Shown here: piece by piece, positions 56,556 to 64,000 of the stretch | Layout of the letters: every line of letters starts with the position of its first letter | Position numbering within the stretch: position 1 is the stretch's first letter | Sequence record: OR805295.1 | Strand: one strand, 5' to 3' | Length of the DNA stretch: 64,000 nucleotides | Notes under the pieces: generated by a model | The model's database searches: none | Told to the model about the DNA's origin: nothing | What the model saw: only the letters and a program-made list of their open reading frames with translations | Made by a program: the position numbers and the translations under genes

Positions 56556-58172
56556 ATGTCTATTGTATGTAAAATTTGTAATAAATCATTTCCTAGTATG
56601 ATTACAAGTACACATCTAAAAACACATAACATCACTACTGCAGAATACAAAGATCTTTATGGAAAATATTCTCTTGTATCGGATGAATATAGATCAAAGC
56701 GGTCAGAACAGTCATCTGGCATTAATAATCCTAATTATGGAAATAAATGGTCAGACAGCATGAAAGAATCTATGTCTAATAAAAAATCCGGAACTATTCC
56801 GTGGAATAAAGGCATAGAGTTACACGATACTACTATGTACGTGAAATCTGCAGAACAGAGAGAACTAAAGTACAAAGAAGGGATACTAACTAGGAAATCG
56901 TATGTTAGAACTGTAGAAATAAATAAAAAAATTTCTGATAGTGTGAAGAAGTATGCTGCAGAAAATAAAGAAGAAGTAAAACAGAGAAGTGCTAAAGCAA
57001 AAGATACATATGGTACAAAGAAAACGTTAGGGTTAGTGCAAATACGAAAAGGATATAAGTTAACAAAATCACATAAAGAAATAGCTATACAAACATTAAA
57101 CAATTATAGGGCTTCTAAAATAGCTGAATCTAATAAACAAATAGAAAGTAATATATTTCTTGCAAATCTAACATTATTAAATGACATAAATGAAAACAGC
57201 TTAGTGTTAAGGTGTAATATATGTAATAATGAATGTTCTTTTACAAAACAATATTTTAGAGCTAGTAAATTTAAAATAGAATTATGTCCTGTGTGTTATC
57301 CTAGAAATAGTAATAGATCTGAAAAAGAAAAAGAATTAGAATATTTTATAACAAGTTTAGGTATTTCATGTATAAATTCTGCACGTATAAACAATAAAGA
57401 AATAGATATATTTTGTAAAGAATTAAATATTGGATTTGAATTTAACGGATTATACTGGCATAGTGAGGATGTGTTAGAGTATTCTGGGTACAGTAAAACA
57501 AAAGATTACGAAAAGAAAATATTTTTTAGAGATAAAGGAATTAGATTAATTCAAATATTTGAAGATGAGTGGGACTTAAAGCAGGATATAGTAAAGAGTA
57601 GAATAAGAGCTATATTAGGAAAAACAGAACACAAAATATATGCAAGGAAATGTACTGTTAAAGAAATAAATTCTAAAGTTGCAAATGATTTTGTAGAAAA
57701 AACACATTTACAAGGTAAAGGTAGAGCAAATGTAAGATTAGGGTTGTATTATAACAATGAACTAGTTTCTGTAATGACATTTTTAAATAAAGATATTACT
57801 AATAAAACATCGAGCTGTCAGATAAATCGTTTTAGTGTAAAACATAATACATCTATCCCCGGCGCCGCTGGAAAATTATTTGCTTACTATATAAATAACT
57901 ATAATCCATCTAGTGTTATTTCGTATGCAGATTCTCGCTGGTCTGACGGTAATTTATATGAACAGCTAGGATTTAAATTAGATAAACAGACACTCCCTAA
58001 TTACTGGTATATAAAAGATAATGATCTTAAAAGATATCATAGATACAATTTTAGAAAAGATAAGTTGCCCGAAACTTTACTAACAGAAAAAGAATATATG
58101 GGTAGTTTGGGATGGAATAGAATATGGGATTCGGGATCTACTAAATGGGTTTGGACAAATAAAGGGGCATAA
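56556..58172 (+). CDS. Hef-like free-standing homing endonuclease (Zn finger, NUMOD3-like, Vsr/DUF559-like nuclease, Mom-like GNAT domain)
   Basis: CKIC..HLKTH, NNPNYG/PWNKG, SEKEKEL...EIDIFCKELNIGFEFNGLYWH, IQIFEDEW, YARKC..THLQG..ISYAD.RW..G..Y..LGF..WDSG..KWVW. Confidence 0.78.
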   Translation: MSIVCKICNKSFPSMITSTHLKTHNITTAEYKDLYGKYSLVSDEYRSKRSEQSSGINNPNYGNKWSDSMKESMSNKKSGTIPWNKGIELHDTTMYVKSAEQRELKYKEGILTRKSYVRTVEINKKISDSVKKYAAENKEEVKQRSAKAKDTYGTKKTLGLVQIRKGYKLTKSHKEIAIQTLNNYRASKIAESNKQIESNIFLANLTLLNDINENSLVLRCNICNNECSFTKQYFRASKFKIELCPVCYPRNSNRSEKEKELEYFITSLGISCINSARINNKEIDIFCKELNIGFEFNGLYWHSEDVLEYSGYSKTKDYEKKIFFRDKGIRLIQIFEDEWDLKQDIVKSRIRAILGKTEHKIYARKCTVKEINSKVANDFVEKTHLQGKGRANVRLGLYYNNELVSVMTFLNKDITNKTSSCQINRFSVKHNTSIPGAAGKLFAYYINNYNPSSVISYADSRWSDGNLYEQLGFKLDKQTLPNYWYIKDNDLKRYHRYNFRKDKLPETLLTEKEYMGSLGWNRIWDSGSTKWVWTNKGA

Positions 58173-58187
58173 TGCCCCTTTATTTGT
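58155..58187 (+). terminator. Intrinsic terminator
   Basis: 15-bp arms ACAAATAAAGGGGCA-TAA-TGCCCCTTTATTTGT. Confidence 0.8.
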
Positions 58188-58215
58188 ATCCTATAATGAA
58201 AAATTGTTAGTTACT

Positions 58216-58223
58216 GATAAATA
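58216..58223 (+). promoter_or_regulatory. Putative late promoter GATAAATA for tail tube
   Basis: Exact motif 37 nt upstream of ATG 58261; implies the ORF-track start at 58204 is too early. Confidence 0.72.
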
Positions 58224-58260
58224 TGTTTATCGTAATAACGAGACATTAATAGGAGAATGT

Positions 58261-58881
58261 ATGGCAACATTAGACAAATTTGGGGTACCAAGTTCGGCAG
58301 GTTCAGAACGCGGTATTTTGCAACCCAAGCTCCAGTACAAGTTTCGCGTGAGTTTTGATGGTTTTGGCGATGGATCTAATTCTCGCCAGTTAACCCAGAG
58401 CGTAGTTTCTGTCGAAAGACCGAAAATAAACCATGCGTCGACTGCTGTTCATTCGTATAACTCTGTAGCATATGCTATGGGGAAACACGAATGGCAAACT
58501 ATCGAAATTGTATTGCGTGACGATATTCAAAACTCAGTTGTTAATGTAGTTGGTAAACAATTGCAGAAACAAATGAACCATTTTGAACAATCTAGCCCAG
58601 TAGCTGGTAGAAACTATAAATTTACTATGAGAATAGAATCTCTAGACGGAAACAACAATACTGCACCATTAGAATACTGGGATGCAGAAGGTTGTTTTTT
58701 ACTTGATGTAAACTATGGTTCTCGTGCATATGATAGCTCTGAACTTACCTTAATAACCCTTACTGTTCGTGCAGATAACTATACTCATCATGCAGGCGGC
58801 AACGAAGTTGCACTCGGCGGCGATCCGTTTACTGACGACGATGCCGGATTACGCGGTGCACCTGGTGCTCGTGTAAACTAA
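58261..58881 (+). CDS. gp19: Tail tube protein gp19-like
   Basis: LQPKLQYKFRV, SVERPKI, GKHEWQTIEIVLRDD, ITLTVRADN; AGGAGA RBS; follows sheath. Confidence 0.88.
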   Translation: MATLDKFGVPSSAGSERGILQPKLQYKFRVSFDGFGDGSNSRQLTQSVVSVERPKINHASTAVHSYNSVAYAMGKHEWQTIEIVLRDDIQNSVVNVVGKQLQKQMNHFEQSSPVAGRNYKFTMRIESLDGNNNTAPLEYWDAEGCFLLDVNYGSRAYDSSELTLITLTVRADNYTHHAGGNEVALGGDPFTDDDAGLRGAPGARVN

Positions 58882-58940
58882 TAAGAAATCTGCAAGCTAT
58901 TTTACTTAGCTTGCAGTTATTCTTTTTATTGGATTTATAT

Positions 58941-60419
58941 ATGGCATTTGATGATATATTCGGTACAATAGCCGGCGCTGCTGGTGATATATTTGGGGCA
59001 ACAGTGGGAGAAGCAGGAAATATTTTGTCTTCTGTTGCTACCCGGTCTGCTAAGAAATTTTTAGGCGGTTTAATTGGCGACGGGCATGGCGCATATCTAA
59101 GAGATAGTAGACATGCAACATATAATTTTGGTCTTAGGGGTTCGTATATACAACAGAACTATCCTAGGTCTAAGTTTCAATATCTTGTAAAAATAAACTA
59201 TAATACTATAGATCCGGTAAAATCGTTTGTTGATACTTATTTAAATAGAGATGAACAAGATATGATAGTTCCTCTAATAAAACGTATCGATATGCCATCT
59301 ATGCAAATAGATACAGAAAAATTAAATCAATATAATAAATGGCGTATTTCTCAAACAAAGATAAAATTCCAGCCTATTACAATGGTGTTACACGATGTAG
59401 TAGATGGAAAAACATTACGTTTTTGGGAAATGTATTATGAATATTATTTTAATGATGGTGTTTACGCCAAGAAAACATCAGATTCTATAAGTAATTTTGA
59501 TCCCATTAGAAATACATTAAGAAGGGGCGAGTTAAACGTATCTGAGTTTTATAATGATATTATCTCTAAAGAAGGTGTTTTTAAACGAGATTTTGGATTT
59601 AGGTTAGATACTCAAGTGTTTAATACAACTTCGTTTATAGGAAAATATAGTAGATATTTGTTTGACTCTATTGATATATATCAGGTTCACGGACAATCAT
59701 ATTCTAGAGCAAGATTAGTAAATCCCAGAATAACAGATTTTAGACATGATGCATTAGCATATGACAATTCTAGCGATTTAATGGAATTAACATTTACATT
59801 TGAATACGAAGATGTAGTGTATGATAACTTTGTTAGGCCATTGGCTGAAACTGAACTTGAATTTTATGATAATGCTAATAATTTAGAATTAGATTATCAA
59901 CCTGCCCGTCCGCCAGTTAGTGTTAGGGTAAGAAACGACAGTACTGAGGGTGGTTTCGGCAGATCTTCGTCTGGATTAGGTAATGTATTGGGTGATATTA
60001 CGGGGGATATATTCGGCGGAATTCGGTCTGGTGTATCTACAGTTTTAGATGCAACTGGTGTAAATGGTGTGTTAGATAATATAGGAGTAGGCGCAGTATT
60101 AGGAAGCGCTGCTAATAGCGTATTAGGAAATATTGAGCGAAACGTAACAGACTATGTTACTACTTTTCCTGAAAATGCAGCCAGGGCAGTAGGTGAAAGT
60201 ATATTTACAGGAGAAGTAGAATTCCCGGTAGATCCGAAAGGTTCTATGAGAAAAATACTAGATCAAGCAAAATCAGAAACTACTGGAACTATACGAAGAA
60301 CATTTGAAACTGGTGTAAATACTGCTATAACTGGTGTTTTAAATGGCGCAGGAAAAATTATAGATAATCCCAGGGGATCTAGAAATACAAATGTATCTAA
60401 CAGGAGTGTTGGATTATAA
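58941..60419 (+). CDS. Tube-fold baseplate/tail protein (gp48/gp54-like) with Gly-rich C-terminal extension
   Basis: PRSKFQYLV, IKRIDMPS, NQYN, FQPITMVLHD, LVNPRITDFRHD.L.Y...MELTFTFEYE tube-like motifs. Confidence 0.65.
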   Translation: MAFDDIFGTIAGAAGDIFGATVGEAGNILSSVATRSAKKFLGGLIGDGHGAYLRDSRHATYNFGLRGSYIQQNYPRSKFQYLVKINYNTIDPVKSFVDTYLNRDEQDMIVPLIKRIDMPSMQIDTEKLNQYNKWRISQTKIKFQPITMVLHDVVDGKTLRFWEMYYEYYFNDGVYAKKTSDSISNFDPIRNTLRRGELNVSEFYNDIISKEGVFKRDFGFRLDTQVFNTTSFIGKYSRYLFDSIDIYQVHGQSYSRARLVNPRITDFRHDALAYDNSSDLMELTFTFEYEDVVYDNFVRPLAETELEFYDNANNLELDYQPARPPVSVRVRNDSTEGGFGRSSSGLGNVLGDITGDIFGGIRSGVSTVLDATGVNGVLDNIGVGAVLGSAANSVLGNIERNVTDYVTTFPENAARAVGESIFTGEVEFPVDPKGSMRKILDQAKSETTGTIRRTFETGVNTAITGVLNGAGKIIDNPRGSRNTNVSNRSVGL

Positions 60420-60874
60420 TGGCACTTGATAGATTTAGTATAGACATGTTGAAGCGTAGAGGAGCTTCTAAGAAAGTAATACAAACGGGTTCGTCTTTAG
60501 TTAACACATTTGAAAATGGATCTGGCTTTGATAATGCTTTGGATGCTACTAGTCTTATTCTAGACAATTACGGAAATTCTTCAGTTGGCGCCGTTAATTC
60601 GAATATGTTTTTTGCTCTACGATCATTCTTTGTAAGTAAACATACTTCTTTACCTAACGCAGAAACCCTAGCATTGATGATGTTAGATGCAGCCAAGTTA
60701 CTAAATAAACCGCCGATGACATTAGCAGAAGAAGTGGCAAGTACGGGACAATTAATGTTAGGAAATGACACATATACTGTATTAAATTTTTTAAGACCTG
60801 CCGGCGAAAAGCAAAATCTATTAATAATAAACGATAATTCTGGGAAATTCAGAGGAAGGAATGTCAAGTTATAA
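60419..60874 (+). CDS. Hypothetical virion-operon protein
   Basis: Coupled stop/start on both sides. Confidence 0.7.
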   Translation: MALDRFSIDMLKRRGASKKVIQTGSSLVNTFENGSGFDNALDATSLILDNYGNSSVGAVNSNMFFALRSFFVSKHTSLPNAETLALMMLDAAKLLNKPPMTLAEEVASTGQLMLGNDTYTVLNFLRPAGEKQNLLIINDNSGKFRGRNVKL

Positions 60875-61302
60875 TGGGTAGTTACAAGCAAGGAACATAT
60901 ATTCCGAAGAATCCTGGAAAATATATAGGAAAAAAATTACCATATTATAGATCTGCATGGGAATATAAATTTATGCAGACAGTTGACGAAAATATGGCTG
61001 TAATTGAATGGGCTAGCGAACCTATTTCTATTCCTTATTTTAATCCGGTTACAAACAAACAATCGTTATATGTGCCAGATTTTTTGATGGTATACGTTGA
61101 TAGTAAGGGCAATAAACATACCGAAATAGTCGAAATAAAACCGAGAAAAGAAACATTTTTAGAACATGCTAAAACTAAACAAGATAAATATCGGTTAGCA
61201 ATGAATGCAGCAAAATGGCAAGCAGCCGCCAAGTTTTGCTCTGCACGGGGTATAAGATTTAGAGTAATTAACGAAGACCATATTTATAGGAATCCTAAAT
61301 AA
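60874..61302 (+). CDS. gp4: Head completion nuclease gp4 (TnsA-like)
   Basis: YKQGTY.PKNP.KYIG, YRSAWE, WASE...IPY, YVPDF, EIKP, N.AKW.AA. Confidence 0.92.
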   Translation: MGSYKQGTYIPKNPGKYIGKKLPYYRSAWEYKFMQTVDENMAVIEWASEPISIPYFNPVTNKQSLYVPDFLMVYVDSKGNKHTEIVEIKPRKETFLEHAKTKQDKYRLAMNAAKWQAAAKFCSARGIRFRVINEDHIYRNPK

Positions 61303-61303
61303 C

Positions 61304-61810
61304 ATGACTAAAAGATTAGAAGAAGTATTTGATTTTGCTTCGTTTGACGAAGAAGCGCCGGCAGAAATTATAGAAACTGCTAACGAAGAGGATGTTTCTG
61401 GCCAAATAGTAGACATAAATTCTCAATCGGATAAAATTGATGCAGCATTAGTTGGTGTAACTCAATTAGATAGTCATGACAGAGATATGGATGAAATTGC
61501 AAAAACTGCAATGGATGCATACCGCGATTTGTGGGATATAAGTCAAAACATACATGATGCCCAGGTAGGTAAAGTGTTAGAAGTGGCACATAATATGCTT
61601 AAAACTGCCCAGGACGCCAAGGAAGCAAAAAATTATAGAAAATTAAAAATGGTAGAGTTACAAATTAAAAAAGCAAGATTGGATTGGGAAATGACTCATA
61701 AAAAAACGTCCACTGATGCCCCTGCCGGATCTAATGGTGTATATTTTGATAGAAATGAGCTAATCGGTCTTCTTTTAAATAAGGATAATGATAACTCTGC
61801 AGATAAATAA
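61304..61810 (+). CDS. Putative small terminase subunit (gp16-like)
   Basis: Helical 168-aa protein after gp4 with EVA..MLKTA and LKMVELQIKK; sequence support is weak. Confidence 0.45.
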   Translation: MTKRLEEVFDFASFDEEAPAEIIETANEEDVSGQIVDINSQSDKIDAALVGVTQLDSHDRDMDEIAKTAMDAYRDLWDISQNIHDAQVGKVLEVAHNMLKTAQDAKEAKNYRKLKMVELQIKKARLDWEMTHKKTSTDAPAGSNGVYFDRNELIGLLLNKDNDNSADK

Positions 61811-61834
61811 AATAAATTATAAAGGAAGATATAA

Positions 61835-62437
61835 ATGAAATCTTTCAGAGATTATTACGATGCGTCAAAACGCAAATATTCGTTTGTAATTAAAATAGCT
61901 ACAGACGAAATAAATTCTGAACAAAAATCTGTATTAGAATCTAGTTTAGTAAAATATGATATACTTTCGTTTTCTAATTTTAAAGAAACTCCTTATCAAT
62001 TAAATCCGTTAGATTTTCCTAATATACCTTGTTCTAAAGTATTCATAGCAGAAATAGAGATGGTATATCCGGCTACACCGGATTTATTAAGAAATTATAT
62101 ATCTAAAGCACTCTGTATAAAAGAAAGCAATGTTCTGGTATTTACTTCTGAAGATCCTAGATTAGAAGACGCAAAAGAATTCGTGTACAGACAAAGTAAA
62201 GAATATAAAGATAATTATAAACAAGTATTAGGTTCGGAAGAAATATGGAAAACTGAAGCACCATATGGCGACGAATCAGTTAAAGAAGCACTAGCGGCAG
62301 CTCCTGCAAAAGAAGATAGTTATGTAACTAACAATCTAATTCCGGCGCAAAAACTAGATAAAATAAACAATAAAGAAGTTGTAGTTCCTAATAACAATGC
62401 TGTTATAGGTACTAATGATTATAGAAATAAAAGATAA
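61835..62437 (+). CDS. Hypothetical late protein
   Basis: GATAAATA at 61802-09; MKSFRDYY start typical of head-associated proteins. Confidence 0.7.
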   Translation: MKSFRDYYDASKRKYSFVIKIATDEINSEQKSVLESSLVKYDILSFSNFKETPYQLNPLDFPNIPCSKVFIAEIEMVYPATPDLLRNYISKALCIKESNVLVFTSEDPRLEDAKEFVYRQSKEYKDNYKQVLGSEEIWKTEAPYGDESVKEALAAAPAKEDSYVTNNLIPAQKLDKINNKEVVVPNNNAVIGTNDYRNKR

Positions 62438-62466
62438 AGGGCCCAGGGTCCTAGATAGGAGAAATC

Positions 62467-63972
62467 ATGTTTAATATTAATGACATTCTGCGTCTAGCAG
62501 GAGTTCAGGCAGTTAAAGAATCAGAAATATGCGATGATAAAGACTGCACTGATGCCGAATGCCCTGTGCATGGCAAAGACAAAGTAGAAGAAACTGCATC
62601 TGCAGGAGCATCATCAGCAGGCGGAATAGCTTCTGTTGCAAAACCATTTACTGAAGATGACGACGATAATTATGATTGGTTGGCAGCCCAACAACGTCGT
62701 TCTCGTCAATATCGCCCAGGCGAATTTGAATTTGATGAGGTCAGTAAATTAGATGAAGAAAAGGATGAAGATGGAAATAGAATTTTCCACACATTTAAAT
62801 CTTGGGTCCGCGCATGTAAAGCATTAAAACCCGGTGTTAGATTTGAGGGTGACGAAGACATATGCCAGGCGTTCGGCTGCGGGGAATGGGACGGAGAAAC
62901 CGGATATATTTCTAAAGATGCACCGTATCCTACTAAATGGGATAATTCAGTTAATGAAGATTCTGCGTTTGATGAATTAGCAGGAACTGCAGATGATTAT
63001 TCTGATGATATTTCATTTGGCATAGATGATACCGATGACGTTACACATTACAGAAATAACTTTGAAGTAACTGATGTCGATGATATGATACAAGATATAC
63101 TTGCATATAGTGATATATATAGGGATCAGGCAAAACTAGAAACTTTACCATATGCAGTTATAAAGCGAATTCACGATAAAGTTATGGGTGAAACATTTGA
63201 ATCTACTTTAGATGAAATATCTAAATTGGCTGGAATATCTAATGTAGAAGAAAGTGTGCATGATATGGATATTCCTAAGACCGGATATGCATTTAATGAT
63301 CCTAAAAAAGACCCGACATTAGATGATGATTACAAAGCTGTTTCTTTAGAAGAATTAGAGAATGCATATAGAATTCTTAAAAACGCAGGTCTTAATGTAT
63401 CTGCAGAAGAAATAAAAGCAGTAATAGATAGAAGAAAAAATGTGTCAGAAGCATCGCCCAATTTAGATAAAGCAGCTAGTGATTATACTTTAAAAAATTT
63501 CGGTGACTTCGATAACGACGACGAAGACGACGAAGACGACGAAGACCTAAATGATTTAGAAAATTCGGAAGATTTTGAAGATATACCTGTAGATTTCGAT
63601 ATAGATCTTGGACCCGGAACAGTCGGAAGCGAAGTTGCTAATTCAGTAGATGATATTGCAGAAATTATAGCAGATATATTGATGACTAGTAACAAGTATA
63701 ATAGCGAGCAAGAATTAGTCAATATGCCAATTCAGAGACTCCGTGCTATACATAAATCATTAATGGACGAAGGTGCAGTCACTTCAATAAATACTAATAC
63801 AGTAGATGCTAACGACTATTTCCCTAACGGATATGATGGAAATGTAGTAGGCGCCGCTGGACCGTCTAGTGCAAAATCTGGCGATAATGCTTTACAAAAA
63901 GCATTTGCATCCGAGAGTATAGATGATATAAGAGCGTCGTTGCATGAAGCCCTTAATAAATTTAAAGGTTAA
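62467..63972 (+). CDS. Highly acidic, modular head-associated protein (putative internal/core protein)
   Basis: AGGAG RBS; D/E-rich; LAG(V/I) motifs shared with scaffold; GACGACGAA tandem repeat near 63516-63546. Confidence 0.7.
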   Translation: MFNINDILRLAGVQAVKESEICDDKDCTDAECPVHGKDKVEETASAGASSAGGIASVAKPFTEDDDDNYDWLAAQQRRSRQYRPGEFEFDEVSKLDEEKDEDGNRIFHTFKSWVRACKALKPGVRFEGDEDICQAFGCGEWDGETGYISKDAPYPTKWDNSVNEDSAFDELAGTADDYSDDISFGIDDTDDVTHYRNNFEVTDVDDMIQDILAYSDIYRDQAKLETLPYAVIKRIHDKVMGETFESTLDEISKLAGISNVEESVHDMDIPKTGYAFNDPKKDPTLDDDYKAVSLEELENAYRILKNAGLNVSAEEIKAVIDRRKNVSEASPNLDKAASDYTLKNFGDFDNDDEDDEDDEDLNDLENSEDFEDIPVDFDIDLGPGTVGSEVANSVDDIAEIIADILMTSNKYNSEQELVNMPIQRLRAIHKSLMDEGAVTSINTNTVDANDYFPNGYDGNVVGAAGPSSAKSGDNALQKAFASESIDDIRASLHEALNKFKG

Positions 63973-64000
63973 TATTATGTTAAGGAAATAAAAGGGTGTT

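Noticed and set aside
1-64000. Alternative genetic code (stop-codon reassignment), as seen in some large phages
   Set aside because: Core genes are full-length under the standard code, and TAG, TGA and TAA all end genes at expected positions.

Overview
64 kb of an AT-rich, T4-related myovirus with distant homologues of the T4 core genes and a jumbo-phage-like gene order. Spanins and a SAR endolysin indicate a Gram-negative host. The window holds most virion morphogenesis genes: baseplate gp6/25/5/hub/53/48-54-like, gp26-like chaperone, tape measure, portal, prohead core, protease, scaffold, major capsid, neck gp13/14/15, sheath, tube, gp4 and four fibre proteins. It also holds the late sigma factor gp55, the gp47/gp46 recombination nuclease, a resolvase, a complete lysis cassette, rIIA/rIIB, DHFR, glutaredoxin, dNMP kinase, a Nudix hydrolase, an M3 oligopeptidase and two Hef-like free-standing endonucleases. 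Best leads, none of them in the ORF track: (1) a ~900-nt ORF-free, GC-enriched, heavily base-paired region under a perfect sigma70 promoter (candidate large ncRNA), followed by perfect DNA palindromes (candidate origin); (2) a 50-aa ArfA-like ribosome-rescue ORF with an intrinsic terminator before its stop codon, so it would be made from non-stop mRNA; (3) a -1 frameshift cassette (T TTT TTC, 6-nt spacer, 10-bp hairpin) fusing the gp26-like chaperone to a start-less 73-codon ORF; (4) a second ~285-330 nt structured RNA candidate. A GATAAATA late-promoter motif precedes at least 13 structural or late genes. All product calls come from motif recognition by eye; no searches were run.
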